From Cyanobacteriota bacterium (GTDB lineage: Bacteria > Cyanobacteriota > Cyanobacteriia > Cyanobacteriales > Nostocaceae): DNA of 64,000 bases. Shown piece after piece: positions 40,763-52,475 of this stretch (position 1 is its first letter; each line of letters opens with the position of its first letter). Both the position numbers and the translations under genes were made by a program. The DNA is taken from NCBI GenBank assembly GCA_046045965.1, contig JBJOKS010000014.1, positions 1 through 64,000 on the forward strand, given 5' to 3'. The notes under the pieces were generated by a model. It had not been told where the DNA came from. It ran no database searches and saw only the letters and a list, made by a program, of their open reading frames with translations.

Positions 40763-41212
40763 TTATACACTTAAAAAATAATCATCATCTAACAACTGAC
40801 CCAAAGAATAAGGACATTTTTCCGGTAAAATAGATAAATCAGTCTTACTCTCCACAAAATCAACCGCACTGTGATAAATATTCTCTAAATCATCCTCCAA
40901 CTTATTCCTTAAATTTGTAGTTAGATGATTATTTAAATCATAGCGAAAAGTTTTAACTTCCCCTATCCAATGACGATGGTTGCTTTCATATTCTACCTGC
41001 CAAAATTGCAATAATAATAAATGAATAATAATTTGTCTCAAAAGACTTTTCACCCTTGCTAAATCTCTTTTACCCAAGTTTATTAATTCCTCAATTAAAT
41101 TTTCTACATCTAGTTGATGAAACTGTTTTTGTTTTAATAACTCTATCGTTTCTTCTAACCATAAACTTTCATCGCTTTCATAGAGTAGCTTTAAATTAGT
41201 AACAATTGTCAT
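40763..41212 (-). CDS. DUF29 family protein
   Basis: LYE.D..LW.EET..LL, LD.ENLIEEL, HLL..Q.W, P.KCPYSL.QLLD. Confidence 0.9.
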   Translation of the reverse strand: MTIVTNLKLLYESDESLWLEETIELLKQKQFHQLDVENLIEELINLGKRDLARVKSLLRQIIIHLLLLQFWQVEYESNHRHWIGEVKTFRYDLNNHLTTNLRNKLEDDLENIYHSAVDFVESKTDLSILPEKCPYSLGQLLDDDYFLSV

Positions 41213-41292
41213 AATTCCACCCTTACCTCTAACATAATTATACCTCTTAATCTCTCTCTGCCCCTCTGCGCCTCTGCGTGAGATAAAAAAAT

Positions 41293-42087
41293 CTAACTAT
41301 CAACAATTTCCAAATCTGCAACAATCCCAAAATGGTCCGAAGGATAAAGATAACGATTATTCGCTGCTGGTTGATTCAGAATAACTCGACAGTCTCGCAC
41401 CTGTAAACGCTGATTAATAAAAATATAATCTAAAGTCCCCTTCCAAAGTTTCCAACTCCTATTAAAAATCAAAGTTCTCCAAAATTGCCTAATTCGTTTT
41501 TTCCAACTAATTTGATCTAACATCGTCGGACAAGTATATTCTGGCTCAGTTCCATGATATACTTCATAAGCTGATTGATATTTTTCCTTAACTAATGCAA
41601 TTCCTGAACTATCAGGAGTACCATTAAAATCTCCCACAGATATAACAGGTATTTGATCATCAAACTCCGATAACCAATCTAACATCATTTGTATTTGTTT
41701 ATTACGTTTTTTATGAGAACCGGGATACCAATAATAATGACCGTTACAAATTACGATTGATTGATTATCATCTAACTTAATTTTTGCATATTGAGCAATT
41801 CTACCCTGATGTTCTAAATTCAAAGCTGCGGTTTTTTCAATCGGATAACGACTGAGAATAGCTAAACCAAAAGGTAAATCACTATTATTTACATCTTGAG
41901 GAATAGCTTTATAAATATAAGGGATATTTAATTGTTCTGCAATCCAAACAGCAGTATCTTCTGATAAACTCACTTCTTGTAATGCAATGATATCAGGATT
42001 TTCCGCTCTTAGTCCATCTACTAATAATTGTCTGCGTTGTGTCCAATAATTGAGTTTAAAGAGAATATTAATTGTGATGATTTTCAT
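41293..42087 (-). CDS. Endonuclease/exonuclease/phosphatase (EEP) family protein
   Basis: T.NI, DIIALQEV, GDFN, LDYIF, PSDH. Confidence 0.9.
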   Translation of the reverse strand: MKIITINILFKLNYWTQRRQLLVDGLRAENPDIIALQEVSLSEDTAVWIAEQLNIPYIYKAIPQDVNNSDLPFGLAILSRYPIEKTAALNLEHQGRIAQYAKIKLDDNQSIVICNGHYYWYPGSHKKRNKQIQMMLDWLSEFDDQIPVISVGDFNGTPDSSGIALVKEKYQSAYEVYHGTEPEYTCPTMLDQISWKKRIRQFWRTLIFNRSWKLWKGTLDYIFINQRLQVRDCRVILNQPAANNRYLYPSDHFGIVADLEIVDS

Positions 42088-42448
42088 GATTTTATTAATA
42101 AATTTTTTGGGAGCATCCCCAATGTGTAAGTTTATTTTTTTTGAAATCTGGCAATTTCTCCAAGGCTTGCATTACTGGCTGACCAACTGCATAAATTAAT
42201 CTTCCACCTCCGTCCTATATCTTAATAATATACAGCAATTCTAGTTCTCACAAATTTCCAATTTAACTCCGAAATACTGTACATTTCAACTCTTATTGAG
42301 TTAAAAAAGAAACTATTGACCCCTAGCTTACATCCTGCACTATTCTCAATTAGCCTACTAACTCACCTGGGAATCAATTCCCTTTCTTCCGCTTCTTACT
42401 GTCACCAGTCCCCAGTCCCCAATCACCAATCACCAATCACCTGACACA

Positions 42449-43609
42449 ATGAAAATCACCAAAAACATCACCAATTGGCTAGAAACTCACGCTTCATCTC
42501 CTACCTATGGCGGATGGGTATTAACAGGCGTTGCTCTTTGTTATTTAGGCGCTGCTATCAATACGATGGCGGGATGGTTATATGTAATTAGTGGCGTATG
42601 TCTAGCTTTATTAGGTGTATCAATATTCTTAGCACCGCGATCGCTCAAAAATCTCGTTGTTAAACGCTCCCCGATTCCACCAGTCAGCGTTGGAGACGAA
42701 CTCAGCATAGAAATAGAAATCTATAATCCCACCCCAAAACCTGTAACCTTATTGCAAGTAGCCGATATCCTGCCCTTCATTTTAGGCAAACCAATCAAAA
42801 ATCCCATTGATACCATTGAAGCAAAAAATAGTTACCGTTGGCAATACTACCACCCCACCCAACGCCGGGGATTATACAGATGGGAAAAAGTAGAATTAGC
42901 TACAGGAGCGCCTTGGGGTTTATTTTGGTGTCGTCGTCAACGAGAAAGTAAAGCGATCGCCATAGTTTATCCCACAGTCTTACCCCTTACCAATTGTCCA
43001 TTGGTGGATGAAATTGGCCAAGACGACAGTCAAAGAAATGATCCCCGTGGTAAACCCTTACAATTAGCCACAACAGGATTAGTGCGATCGCTCCGTCCTT
43101 ACCGCATCGGTGATCCTACTCGTCTCATCCATTGGCGTACAAGCGCCCGTTACGGAGAATTACGAGTACGGGAATTAGAAATTATCACAGGTGGACAAGA
43201 AGTGATCATTGCCCTTGATAGTGCAGCCAAATGGGAAGAAGAGCAATTTGAGCAAGCTGTCACTGCTGCTGCATCCTTGTATTTTTACGCACAAAAACAA
43301 CAACTACAAGTACAACTTTGGACAGCAGCCACAGGTTTAGTCAAAGGAGATATTACCGTCCTGGAAACATTAGCCGCAACCAACCCTCTGGAAGAAGTGA
43401 ATACACTACCAGAGAACTACCCCTTAATTTGGCTAACCCAAAACCCCTTAACCCTATCTGACCTACCTCTGGGCAGTCGTTGGGTTTTATGGGAAAATGT
43501 AAACTCATCCTTAGAACAAATCGTAATCAATCGAGATTACCCTGGTATCATCCTCCAAAGCGAACAAGAACTGCAACTGCAACTGCAAAAACCATTAACT
43601 TCATTCTAG
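42449..43609 (+). CDS. DUF58 domain membrane protein
   Basis: N-terminal TM helices, RRG.Y, LRPYR.GD..R.IHWR.SAR. Confidence 0.88.
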   Translation: MKITKNITNWLETHASSPTYGGWVLTGVALCYLGAAINTMAGWLYVISGVCLALLGVSIFLAPRSLKNLVVKRSPIPPVSVGDELSIEIEIYNPTPKPVTLLQVADILPFILGKPIKNPIDTIEAKNSYRWQYYHPTQRRGLYRWEKVELATGAPWGLFWCRRQRESKAIAIVYPTVLPLTNCPLVDEIGQDDSQRNDPRGKPLQLATTGLVRSLRPYRIGDPTRLIHWRTSARYGELRVRELEIITGGQEVIIALDSAAKWEEEQFEQAVTAAASLYFYAQKQQLQVQLWTAATGLVKGDITVLETLAATNPLEEVNTLPENYPLIWLTQNPLTLSDLPLGSRWVLWENVNSSLEQIVINRDYPGIILQSEQELQLQLQKPLTSF

Positions 43610-43639
43610 GGAACAGAAATCAAAAATCAAAAACCAAAA

Positions 43640-43693
43640 ACTCCTAACTCCTGCCTCCTGACTCCTGCCTCCTGACTCCTGCCTCCTGACTCC
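43640..43693. repeat. STRR heptamers (CTCCTGA/CTCCTGC)n
   Basis: Read directly. Confidence 0.88.
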
Positions 43694-43727
43694 TTGCTGT
43701 TGTACAATGCAAAGAAATATTTAAATT

Positions 43728-44108
43728 ATGAACGCCGATCCCATGATCAAATCAGAAGTTAACACAATATCCAGCGATAAAAGCCTAGAGGCAATGCGGC
43801 ATTTTTCCGAACAATACGCCAAACGGACTGGAACATACTTCTGTTCTGAACCTTCCGTGACAGCAGTTGTCATCGAAGGTCTAGCCAAACATAAAGACGA
43901 CCTTGGAGCGCCTTTGTGTCCCTGCCGTCACTATGAAGATAAAGAAGCAGAAGTCAGCGCAGCCTATTGGAACTGTCCCTGCGTACCCATGCGAGAACGC
44001 AAAGAATGTCACTGTATGCTGTTTCTCACCAGTGACAACGAGTTTGCCGGCGAAAAACAAGAAATCTCCATCGAAACCATCAAAGAAGTGCGGGATAGCA
44101 TGGGATGA
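43728..44108 (+). CDS. ftrC: Ferredoxin-thioredoxin reductase catalytic subunit
   Basis: LCPCRHY, WNCPCVPMRERKECHCMLF; start may be 43743. Confidence 0.95.
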   Translation: MNADPMIKSEVNTISSDKSLEAMRHFSEQYAKRTGTYFCSEPSVTAVVIEGLAKHKDDLGAPLCPCRHYEDKEAEVSAAYWNCPCVPMRERKECHCMLFLTSDNEFAGEKQEISIETIKEVRDSMG

Positions 44109-44503
44109 GTGAAAACCTACCCCTAGAGTTTTGGCAAGGAGTAGAACAGTTCAATTCTGGACAGTTCTACGCTTGTCATGATACCCTAGAAGCTCTGTGG
44201 ATTGAAGCAACAGAACCAGAAAAAAGTTTGTATCAAGGCATTCTGCAAATTGCTGTAGCCTTATATCATCTGGGTAATGGCAACCTCAGAGGAGCAATGA
44301 TATTATTGGGAGAAGGCAGTAATCGTCTGCGTCGTTACCCAGACAATGATTGTGGTATCAACGTAGAACAATTACTACTTGAGAGTGTGGAATTTTTAAA
44401 GGCACTCCAACAAACAGAACCAGAAAAAATTGCCAATGGTGATTTGGGTAAAATAGCAGCCTTGCCTTTACCCATGATTTCAATTATGAAAGAACAGAAG
44501 TAA
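44105..44503 (+). CDS. DUF309 family protein
   Basis: G..QFN.G.FY.CHD.LE.LW, YQGILQIAVA.YH. Confidence 0.88.
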   Translation: MSENLPLEFWQGVEQFNSGQFYACHDTLEALWIEATEPEKSLYQGILQIAVALYHLGNGNLRGAMILLGEGSNRLRRYPDNDCGINVEQLLLESVEFLKALQQTEPEKIANGDLGKIAALPLPMISIMKEQK

Positions 44504-44720
44504 AGAAACCTTCAGGTGCAGGAAACCGTCAAGCCTCCAAGGTGGTTAAGACCTCAACAGATGATAAAACTTAGACACAAATAGGCTTTTAACTCTGTCA
44601 CCCTATGGCTAACGCCACGCTCCGCGAACGGGTTCGTCAGTTGCTCATGGGGAAACCCCCAAGACCGCGCTGACTCACCTGTCACCTGCTATCACCTGAA
44701 AACTTCTATCACCAATTGCT

Positions 44721-45218
44721 ATGATACCTCCCTATACATTGCAAAAATCACAAATGCGCCGTCTAGGATTAGCTCTAATGCTCCCTGTAGCCCTCTTGGG
44801 TACAGTTTCACTTTCTAACCAACTTCCCGCCGCTACAGCCCAATCTTCTGGGGGAAATCGCCCACTGACTATTCGTTCTGATGTGCAGGAATATGATGCT
44901 AAAAGTCAAGTAATTACTGCCCGTGGTAATGTGCAGATGTTGTATCCTGCTCGTCAGTTACAAGCAACCGCAGCCCAAGCACAATACTTTAGCAAAGAAC
45001 GCAGGATTGATTTCAGCGGCAACGTCTATATTTTACAACAAGGTAATAACAGTATCAGGGCTGAGAAAGTCACTTATTTGATTGACGAAGGGCGATTTAT
45101 AGCCTTACCCCAGTCTAATCGTCAAGTAGAATCTATTTACATGATTGATGACGGTGATGTGAGTGGACAAACGGCCAGACCAGCTCCCAAAACACCCGCC
45201 CTCAAGCGTTCTAATTAG
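44721..45218 (+). CDS. lptA: LptA/OstA family protein
   Basis: Signal peptide, ITARGNV, SGNVYILQ; upstream of lptB. Confidence 0.8.
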   Translation: MIPPYTLQKSQMRRLGLALMLPVALLGTVSLSNQLPAATAQSSGGNRPLTIRSDVQEYDAKSQVITARGNVQMLYPARQLQATAAQAQYFSKERRIDFSGNVYILQQGNNSIRAEKVTYLIDEGRFIALPQSNRQVESIYMIDDGDVSGQTARPAPKTPALKRSN

Positions 45219-45244
45219 CATCCATTACCACAAAAACGCGAATA

Positions 45245-45973
45245 GTGAAAATTGTTTTAGAAAATATTCACAAATCTTACGGCAAGCGAGTAATTGTCAA
45301 TCGCGTTAACCTTTCTGTAGCTCAAGGAGAAATTGTCGGTTTACTCGGACCCAATGGTGCTGGTAAAACCACAACATTTTATATTGCCACAGGCTTAGAA
45401 AAACCCAACCAGGGTAAAGTGTGGTTGGATAATTTAGATATTACAGGAATGCCAATGCACAAAAGAGCTAGATTAGGTATTGGCTATCTAGCTCAGGAAG
45501 CAAGTGTGTTTCGTCAACTCTCCGTGATAGATAATATTCTTTTAGTCCTGGAACAAACTCATGTACCACGCAGAGAGTGGTCAAGAAGACTGAATGACTT
45601 ACTAGGTGAGTTTCGCTTAGAAAAAGTTGCCAATAGTAAAGGTATTCAGCTTTCTGGAGGTGAAAGACGACGGACAGAGTTAGCCAGGGCTTTGGCCGCA
45701 GGAAGAGAAGGACCAAAATTTTTATTTTTGGATGAACCCTTTGCGGGAGTTGATCCCATCGCAGTTTCGGAAATTCAGCAAATTGTAGCACAATTGCGCG
45801 ATCGCGGCATGGGCATTTTAATCACAGATCACAACGTCCGCGAAACCCTAGCTATTACTGATCGTGCTTACATCATGCGCGAAGGACAAATTCTCGCTTT
45901 TGGTAATGCCGATGAACTTTATAATAACCCACTGGTACGGCAATATTATTTAGGTGATAGCTTTTCCGCTTAA
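45245..45973 (+). CDS. lptB: LPS export ABC transporter ATP-binding protein
   Basis: GPNGAGKTT, GYLAQEAS.F, LSGGERRR.E.AR, DEPFAGVDP, ITDHNVRETL. Confidence 0.95.
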   Translation: MKIVLENIHKSYGKRVIVNRVNLSVAQGEIVGLLGPNGAGKTTTFYIATGLEKPNQGKVWLDNLDITGMPMHKRARLGIGYLAQEASVFRQLSVIDNILLVLEQTHVPRREWSRRLNDLLGEFRLEKVANSKGIQLSGGERRRTELARALAAGREGPKFLFLDEPFAGVDPIAVSEIQQIVAQLRDRGMGILITDHNVRETLAITDRAYIMREGQILAFGNADELYNNPLVRQYYLGDSFSA

Positions 45974-46030
45974 AAAATGGCAATAGGCAAAAGTGTTTTA
46001 ATTTTTAATTTCTAATTTTTAATTTGTACT

Positions 46031-47206
46031 ATGGTATCTAAGCAGATTAAATCTTTCTACACTTTCGGTTCACTTATGCCTTTTTCCATCATGGATCGCT
46101 ATTTGGCTATGCAGTTACTCCCGCTTTTTTTATTCGGGGTGGGGGCTTTTACTTCTGTAGTCTTAGCAATTGATAGCTTATTTGAATTATTGCGAAAAGT
46201 GGTAGAATCTGGACTACCAATTAACATTGCTCTCAAAGTTTTTGTCTTAAAATTGCCTTATGTAATGGTTTATTCCTTCCCCATGTCCACCTTACTAGCT
46301 ACCTTAATGACTTACAGCAAGTTATCTAGTGAAAGTGAACTAATTGCTTTACGTGGTTGCGGTGTAAGTGTTTATCGCCTGGTATTCACTGCTGTATTAT
46401 TAAGTAGTTTAGTCACAGGAATGACCTATATTTTTAATGAACAAATTGCCCCAGCCGCAAATTATGAAGCCACTCGTACCTTAGAACAAGCACTGAAATC
46501 GGATCAACCATCATTTAAACAACAAAATATCTACTATCCTGAATATCGGGAAGTTAAAGCAGCAGATGGTAGCACAAATAAATTACTTTCTCGTTTGTTT
46601 TATGCTGATCAATTTGATGGCAGACAAATGAAAGGATTAACAATTATTGACCGTTCTAGAGAAGGACTAAATCAAATTTTAGTCTCAGAATCTGCCCAGT
46701 GGAATCCTTCCCAACAAGTTTGGGATTTTTATAATGGTACAATATACTTAGTTGCTCCTGACCGTTCCTATCGGAACATTTTGCGCTTTGAACATCAACA
46801 ATTGCAACTACCACGCACGCCTTTAAATTTAGCAGAAAATAGCCGAGATTATGGGGAAATGAATATTTCCCAAGCTTTACAACAATTAGAAGTAGAACGA
46901 TTGGCTGGAAATCCTCAAAAAATTAAAAAGTTAGAAGTACGAATTCAACAAAAAATTGCCTTTCCTTTTGTTTGTATTATTTTTGGTTTAGTTGGTTCGG
47001 CGATGGGAACCATACCTCAACGTACTGGAAAAGGTACGAGTTTTGGGATTAGTGTCATAGTTATTTTCAGTTATTACTTATTATTATCAGTTTCAGGGGC
47101 TTTAGCACAGGCTGATATTATTTCTCCCGTAGTAGGTGCTTGGTTGCCTAATTTGTTTGGTTTGGGAACAGGTATATTTCTTTTGATGCGAGTTGCCCAA
47201 AGGTAA
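46031..47206 (+). CDS. LptF/LptG family permease
   Basis: MDRY, ESELIALRGCG, six TM segments, GAWLPN. Confidence 0.9.
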   Translation: MVSKQIKSFYTFGSLMPFSIMDRYLAMQLLPLFLFGVGAFTSVVLAIDSLFELLRKVVESGLPINIALKVFVLKLPYVMVYSFPMSTLLATLMTYSKLSSESELIALRGCGVSVYRLVFTAVLLSSLVTGMTYIFNEQIAPAANYEATRTLEQALKSDQPSFKQQNIYYPEYREVKAADGSTNKLLSRLFYADQFDGRQMKGLTIIDRSREGLNQILVSESAQWNPSQQVWDFYNGTIYLVAPDRSYRNILRFEHQQLQLPRTPLNLAENSRDYGEMNISQALQQLEVERLAGNPQKIKKLEVRIQQKIAFPFVCIIFGLVGSAMGTIPQRTGKGTSFGISVIVIFSYYLLLSVSGALAQADIISPVVGAWLPNLFGLGTGIFLLMRVAQR

Positions 47207-47481
47207 ATAAATCTTCATATCTATAGGAGTCATATTTGATTCTTGAAAAATACTCCGTACACTTTCCCTGTTACCTTGTAAAACTTTAAGTGAACATACT
47301 TAATACATAGAGTTTTTATTAATTTACTTCAGTGAAAGTATTGGTAAACATAAAGTTTTCAATAATTTTACTGTATGAGTCATAACTAATCATATTTGAA
47401 AGTTTAGGATGAGATCACGATTACCTAGATTCAACATAGGATTCGGTTTTCCCCATTTCTACCTATTCAATTTACCAAGTT

Positions 47482-48531
47482 ATGCCAGAACGCAACTATC
47501 CCCCTGCTTATTTACGCTATCTCAAACCCAGGTTCTCAAATTTCTTGCGGCCTAGTTTTTGGGGAACAGGAATTTTTTTAGTGCTTGTAGGACTCGTGAT
47601 TTGGCAATCTTGGTTCAATCCTGAGTTTTTGGCTCAAAGTGAAAATAAAGAAACTGCTCAAGAAGTAGTCACTCCCAAAACTACTGAGGAAACTACTGAG
47701 GAAACAACAATTTCTGATGAAGATAAAGCGATCGCTGCTGATCTTGATAATATACCGAGTTTGTTAGGTGATTTTGCACAAGCAACTATATCTGTACCCA
47801 TAAGAACATTGCAAACCAACACTCAGGCAAATAATAGCGAAACGTTTTTAGAAGATATAATTAATAAACGAAATACTGCTATTAATCAAGCTAAATCAAA
47901 TCCTGAATTGGGGATAGTTAATCAACTTCCTGGGGTAAATGCAAAAAATCCCTTTGTGGTGCAAGCTAAAAACATATTGCAGCCAAATATGGGTAATAAA
48001 GGAAATCAGCTAGGTATTAATAATATTAATACTTTAGCTACATCTTCCGAAACAACAAATCCACAAACTGCTGCTAATTTAGGGATAGGATTAAATAATC
48101 AAAACCATCAAAATACTGTTGTTATCAGTCCTTTAGAAGTCGCTATTCAAAAATCAAGTTCTACAACTCAAATCAATTCTTTAGGTAGCAATGGAGGAGT
48201 AAGACCTATTTCTGCTCCTCACAGTTTACCTTCTAATTCAGGTATAGGTTATATTCAACCAACTGTAACAAATGTGCAGCCAACTTATTATAGTAATTTT
48301 CATGGCATTCAGACCACACCAAATGTAGGAATACCAACTAATAGAGTTTATGGTGTACCTAATAATCCTTATTCTGTTCAGCCTCCAATTCAAGGTGTTG
48401 TTAACTCAAATACTCCCATAGAATATAGAAATTATGGTAATTATACTGTACAACAGCCTGGTCAATTACCGCAATCTAATTTATCTAATCCTGGACAGGT
48501 ACAACAGGGAAACAATGGGTTTGGGAGGTAG
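47482..48531 (+). CDS. Hypothetical protein with one N-terminal TM helix and a N/Q/P-rich low-complexity tail
   Basis: 349-aa ORF; hydrophobic FWGTGIFLVLVGLVIW. Confidence 0.7.
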   Translation: MPERNYPPAYLRYLKPRFSNFLRPSFWGTGIFLVLVGLVIWQSWFNPEFLAQSENKETAQEVVTPKTTEETTEETTISDEDKAIAADLDNIPSLLGDFAQATISVPIRTLQTNTQANNSETFLEDIINKRNTAINQAKSNPELGIVNQLPGVNAKNPFVVQAKNILQPNMGNKGNQLGINNINTLATSSETTNPQTAANLGIGLNNQNHQNTVVISPLEVAIQKSSSTTQINSLGSNGGVRPISAPHSLPSNSGIGYIQPTVTNVQPTYYSNFHGIQTTPNVGIPTNRVYGVPNNPYSVQPPIQGVVNSNTPIEYRNYGNYTVQQPGQLPQSNLSNPGQVQQGNNGFGR

Positions 48532-48536
48532 TTTTT

Positions 48537-48745
48537 TAGGACTTATGCACGATGTTATAGAAAAGGGAAAAGGGAACAGGGAACAGGGAACAGATAAGAA
48601 ACAAAAGTTTCTGAGTTTAAAGCTCAGTCAAAAAAAAGATGTTTTTAAAAGATGCATAGCACGAAAAAAACAGTGTCATTATTTCAATCTCATGTTTTTA
48701 AACATGAGTTTTTTCTGTTAAGAGTTGCCCGTTAAGAGTTCCCTC
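48537..48745. repeat. Composite dispersed repeat (TAGGACTTATGCA end, GGGAACA heptamers, palindromes, TTAAGAGTT repeats)
   Basis: Repeat-built intergenic segment; CTCATGTTT-TT-AAACATGAG palindrome. Confidence 0.5.
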
Positions 48746-48772
48746 TGAATAAAACCATCTTTTTTAATGCCT

Positions 48773-48796
48773 AAAAAAAGGTGGGAAATTCCCACC
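48773..48796 (-). terminator. Intrinsic terminator after mfd
   Basis: GGTGGGAA-TT-TCCCACC hairpin followed by a T7 tract on the minus strand. Confidence 0.7.
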
Positions 48797-48807
48797 CTAC
48801 TACTAAA

Positions 48808-51800
48808 TCAAACTAAAGCTGCTTCAGGAATAGCACCTTGCATTTTCCCGAAAGTATCAATTAAAGTTTGCAATTGTTGTTCCGCTTTAAACACTCCCAA
48901 ACCTCTTGCTGTTACCTTTCCCGGAGAATAAACAAAACGAGAACGCATAGTTTCAGTTAAATTTTCTGCTAACAAATTCCAAGCGGGTTCTTCCATTGGT
49001 GTTTCTAAAACAATATGCTGTTTATTCTCTGGTTTAATACGACTAAAGCCGAGATTTTTCGCTAATTGTTTTAATTCCATGACTCGCAAAAGTTGATTTG
49101 CAGGAACGGGAATAGTACCATATCTATCAGTCCATTCGGCAGCAATTTGTTTTAATTCATATTTTGATTTTGCAGTTGCGACAGCACGATAAGCACTCAT
49201 CTTTTGGTCAATATCGGTAATGTATGTAGAAGGAATAAACGCGGTGAGATTCAAGTCTACTTGAGTATCATCAACCTTGGGTATTTCTTGACCTCTAATT
49301 TCGCGAATTGCTTCTTCTAACATTTCCATGTACAAATCAAATCCTATCGCATCCATTTGACCAGATTGTTCTGCACCAAGCAAGTTACCCACACCACGAA
49401 TTTCCATATCTCGCATTGCTAATTGATAACCAGAACCGAGTTGGGTAAATTCTTGAATTGCTCTTAATCTTTGTCTAGCTGCATCCGATAATTCCCGCTG
49501 TTTAGGGTAAAATAACCAAGCATGAGCTTGGATTCCTGCACGTCCTACCCGTCCCCGTAATTGATATAATTGAGATAAACCAAAACGGTGAGCATCTTCA
49601 ATTAAAATTGTGTTAACTCGCGGAATATCTAAACCAGATTCAATAATTGTTGTACAAACTAAGATATCTGCGTCATGATTTCCGAAAGTCAGCATAGTTG
49701 ATTCTAACTCACTTTCATCCATTTGACCGTGGGCGATCGCAAATCTTCCCCCTGGTATCATTTCCCGTAAATTTGCAGTGGTTTCTTCAATTCCTTCAAC
49801 TCGTGGAACTACATAAAAAACCTGTCCACCCCGATCTAATTCTTGCCGAATTGCACTTCTGACAATTTCTGAGTTTAAAGGTGCAAGATGGGTTTGAATT
49901 GGTCTTCTGGTTGGAGGTGGTGTGGTAATTAAACTCATTTCCCGAATTCCCGATAAAGACATATACAAAGTTCTGGGAATGGGAGTTGCTGACAAAGTTA
50001 ACACATCAACTTGAGTTTTTAAGCTTTTAATTTTTTCCTTTTGGTTGACACCAAATCTTTGTTCTTCGTCAATTACCAAAAGTCCTAAATCTCGAAATTG
50101 TACACCTTTACCTAATAATTGATGTGTTCCCACAACTATATCTAATTCTCCAGTTGCTAAACGTTTTTGAATGTTGCGTTTTTCTTCCGCACTGCGAAAA
50201 CGGTTGAGTAAACCTACATTCACAGGATAAGGTGCAAAACGTTCTTTAATTGTGTGATAATGTTGTTGAGTTAAAATCGTCGTTGGTGCTAAAAGTGCCA
50301 CTTGTTTACCTGCGGTGACAGCTTTAAAAATAGCGCGAATTGCCACTTCCGTTTTTCCAAAACCCACATCACCACAAACTAACCGATCCATCGGTCTTTC
50401 ACTTTCCATATCCCGCTTGACATCTTGCACCGCTTTTAGCTGATCTGTGGTAGGTTGATAAGGGAAAGAATCTTCCATTTCTTCCTGCCAAGGCATATCC
50501 TGGGGATAGGAAAAACCCTGTTGTTGAGAACGTGCAGCATACAACTTTAACAAGTCTACCGCTAATTTTTTAATTGCTTTACGGACTTTATTCTTAGTAT
50601 TATCCCACGCTTTACCCGTCATTTTATGCAGTGCTGGAGCTTGATCTCCACTAGTTCTAAACCGAGACAAAGAACCAACTTGATCTGCTGCAACTCTCAG
50701 CACACCATCAGCATATTGAATCACTAAATAATCACGGGTTTCGTTGTTAATTGTCAAACTTTCTAATTTGACAAATTTACCAATTCCATGACTACGATGA
50801 ACAACAAAATCCCCTGGTCGTAATTTATTGGGATCAACTTGTTTAGAAGTAGCTTTGCGACGTTTGCGGATATAGCCAAAATTAGCTAAAGAATGTTGTC
50901 CGTAAAATTCGCGGTCGGTGACAATTACAAGACGGAAAGAAGGTAAAATGAAACCTTCTAATTCTGCTAAACCGGAATATTTGAGCGCAACTGGTGTATG
51001 ATTAATTTGCAGTTTATCAATAGCTTGATAATCACGAGGATTTGGGATAAACTGAGCAGGACAATCGTGTTCTTGTAAGAGAGAAACAGAACGGGAAGGT
51101 TGGGCAGAAATTAGCCAAACTGCAAATTTACGTTCTCTTTCTTGTCTAATTGTTTCCGCTAACTTAGCAAATTGATGAGGTGTAACAGGTAAAGGTCTAC
51201 TAGCTAAATTGGTACCGCTATTTTCTTCAGCTAATTCCGATAAATATAACTTCTTAAAATTCCCAACTTCAGCTAAACATTCATCAAAATTTCTGTGAAT
51301 TTTTGGTAATGAAACTGATAACTGATCACTGATAACTGACCACTGTTCATCAGCATTTTCCACCCAGCGATCGCTATGAGCATGACATTGTTCTACCTCA
51401 TCAATAGCAATGAGGGAATTTGCTGGTAAATAATCTAAAATTGAAGCAGGTTTTGTAAAAGCTAAACCGAGAAAACGTCTACTACCTTCTAATCCTGAAT
51501 TTTCTATTTCTTCTGAATTTAACTCTAATTGGGAACTCAACCGCAAAAATTCAGAATTGTCTTTTAATGCTGATAAAACAATAGGTGCAAAACTAGTAGG
51601 AGTCAGGGATATTTGATTAACTTTATCTAAAGCAGAACGCTGAGTAGCGGGGTCAAATTCCCGAATTTGTTCGATGTCATCCCCAAACCATTCCAAGCGC
51701 ACTGGTAACTCAGAAGAAACGGGAAACACATCCACAATATCCCCTCTTCTACTCCATTGTCCTTCAGTTTCCACCAGGGGAACTCGTTCATATCCCAGAG

Positions 51801-52287
51801 TTGTAATTTTTTCGCTGAACTCATCTAAATCGTATTCCATCCCCTTTTTTAAAGAAAGACAAAAAGATTTAAAGACCTCTGGGGGTGGTAAATGTGGTTG
51901 TAGCGCCCCTACAGTAGCAATAATGGCTGTATTTTTCTCAGGTGAAGGACCATTGACCAAATCCGCCAAAACCTGCATTTGACCCCAATTTAACTCAGTT
52001 TCAGGGTCAAAAGGTTCGTAAGGAGAAGCTTCCGAAGTAGGGTAAAAATGTACAGTATTCCATCCCATCGCTTCCATTTGGGCATAAACCCGGCCAGCTT
52101 CTTCCAGAGTGGCACAGATCACGCATAAATCCCTACCCTCATTGTTGGCCAAAGCTGAAGCTACCAAACCCTTGGGTAAGCGGGAAATGCCATTTAACCG
52201 CAATTCTTGGTGTTTGTTGAGTTTGGTATTGAGTTCTGCGGTGAGTGGCGATCGCGCCAAGGCACGTACAATAGAAGAAAAAGCCAT
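48808..52287 (-). CDS. mfd: Transcription-repair coupling factor
   Basis: RGDIVDVFP, CarD-like [36 protein letters not shown]. Confidence 0.97.
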   Translation of the reverse strand: MAFSSIVRALARSPLTAELNTKLNKHQELRLNGISRLPKGLVASALANNEGRDLCVICATLEEAGRVYAQMEAMGWNTVHFYPTSEASPYEPFDPETELNWGQMQVLADLVNGPSPEKNTAIIATVGALQPHLPPPEVFKSFCLSLKKGMEYDLDEFSEKITTLGYERVPLVETEGQWSRRGDIVDVFPVSSELPVRLEWFGDDIEQIREFDPATQRSALDKVNQISLTPTSFAPIVLSALKDNSEFLRLSSQLELNSEEIENSGLEGSRRFLGLAFTKPASILDYLPANSLIAIDEVEQCHAHSDRWVENADEQWSVISDQLSVSLPKIHRNFDECLAEVGNFKKLYLSELAEENSGTNLASRPLPVTPHQFAKLAETIRQERERKFAVWLISAQPSRSVSLLQEHDCPAQFIPNPRDYQAIDKLQINHTPVALKYSGLAELEGFILPSFRLVIVTDREFYGQHSLANFGYIRKRRKATSKQVDPNKLRPGDFVVHRSHGIGKFVKLESLTINNETRDYLVIQYADGVLRVAADQVGSLSRFRTSGDQAPALHKMTGKAWDNTKNKVRKAIKKLAVDLLKLYAARSQQQGFSYPQDMPWQEEMEDSFPYQPTTDQLKAVQDVKRDMESERPMDRLVCGDVGFGKTEVAIRAIFKAVTAGKQVALLAPTTILTQQHYHTIKERFAPYPVNVGLLNRFRSAEEKRNIQKRLATGELDIVVGTHQLLGKGVQFRDLGLLVIDEEQRFGVNQKEKIKSLKTQVDVLTLSATPIPRTLYMSLSGIREMSLITTPPPTRRPIQTHLAPLNSEIVRSAIRQELDRGGQVFYVVPRVEGIEETTANLREMIPGGRFAIAHGQMDESELESTMLTFGNHDADILVCTTIIESGLDIPRVNTILIEDAHRFGLSQLYQLRGRVGRAGIQAHAWLFYPKQRELSDAARQRLRAIQEFTQLGSGYQLAMRDMEIRGVGNLLGAEQSGQMDAIGFDLYMEMLEEAIREIRGQEIPKVDDTQVDLNLTAFIPSTYITDIDQKMSAYRAVATAKSKYELKQIAAEWTDRYGTIPVPANQLLRVMELKQLAKNLGFSRIKPENKQHIVLETPMEEPAWNLLAENLTETMRSRFVYSPGKVTARGLGVFKAEQQLQTLIDTFGKMQGAIPEAALV

Positions 52288-52356
52288 AATTGTTACTAGA
52301 GTAAGAAGTCCGCAAAAGTGGGAAAATTTAGATTGTAGTTATATATCAACTATTTT

Positions 52357-52470
<114 letters not shown>

Positions 52471-52475
52471 ATAAA

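Noticed and set aside
39533..42087. Uma2, DUF29 and EEP genes as novel cas genes of the mini-array
   Set aside because: All are multi-copy, widely scattered families in cyanobacteria; adjacency alone is not evidence
48434..48721. 95-aa ORF
   Set aside because: Overlaps the upstream gene and runs through a repeat element
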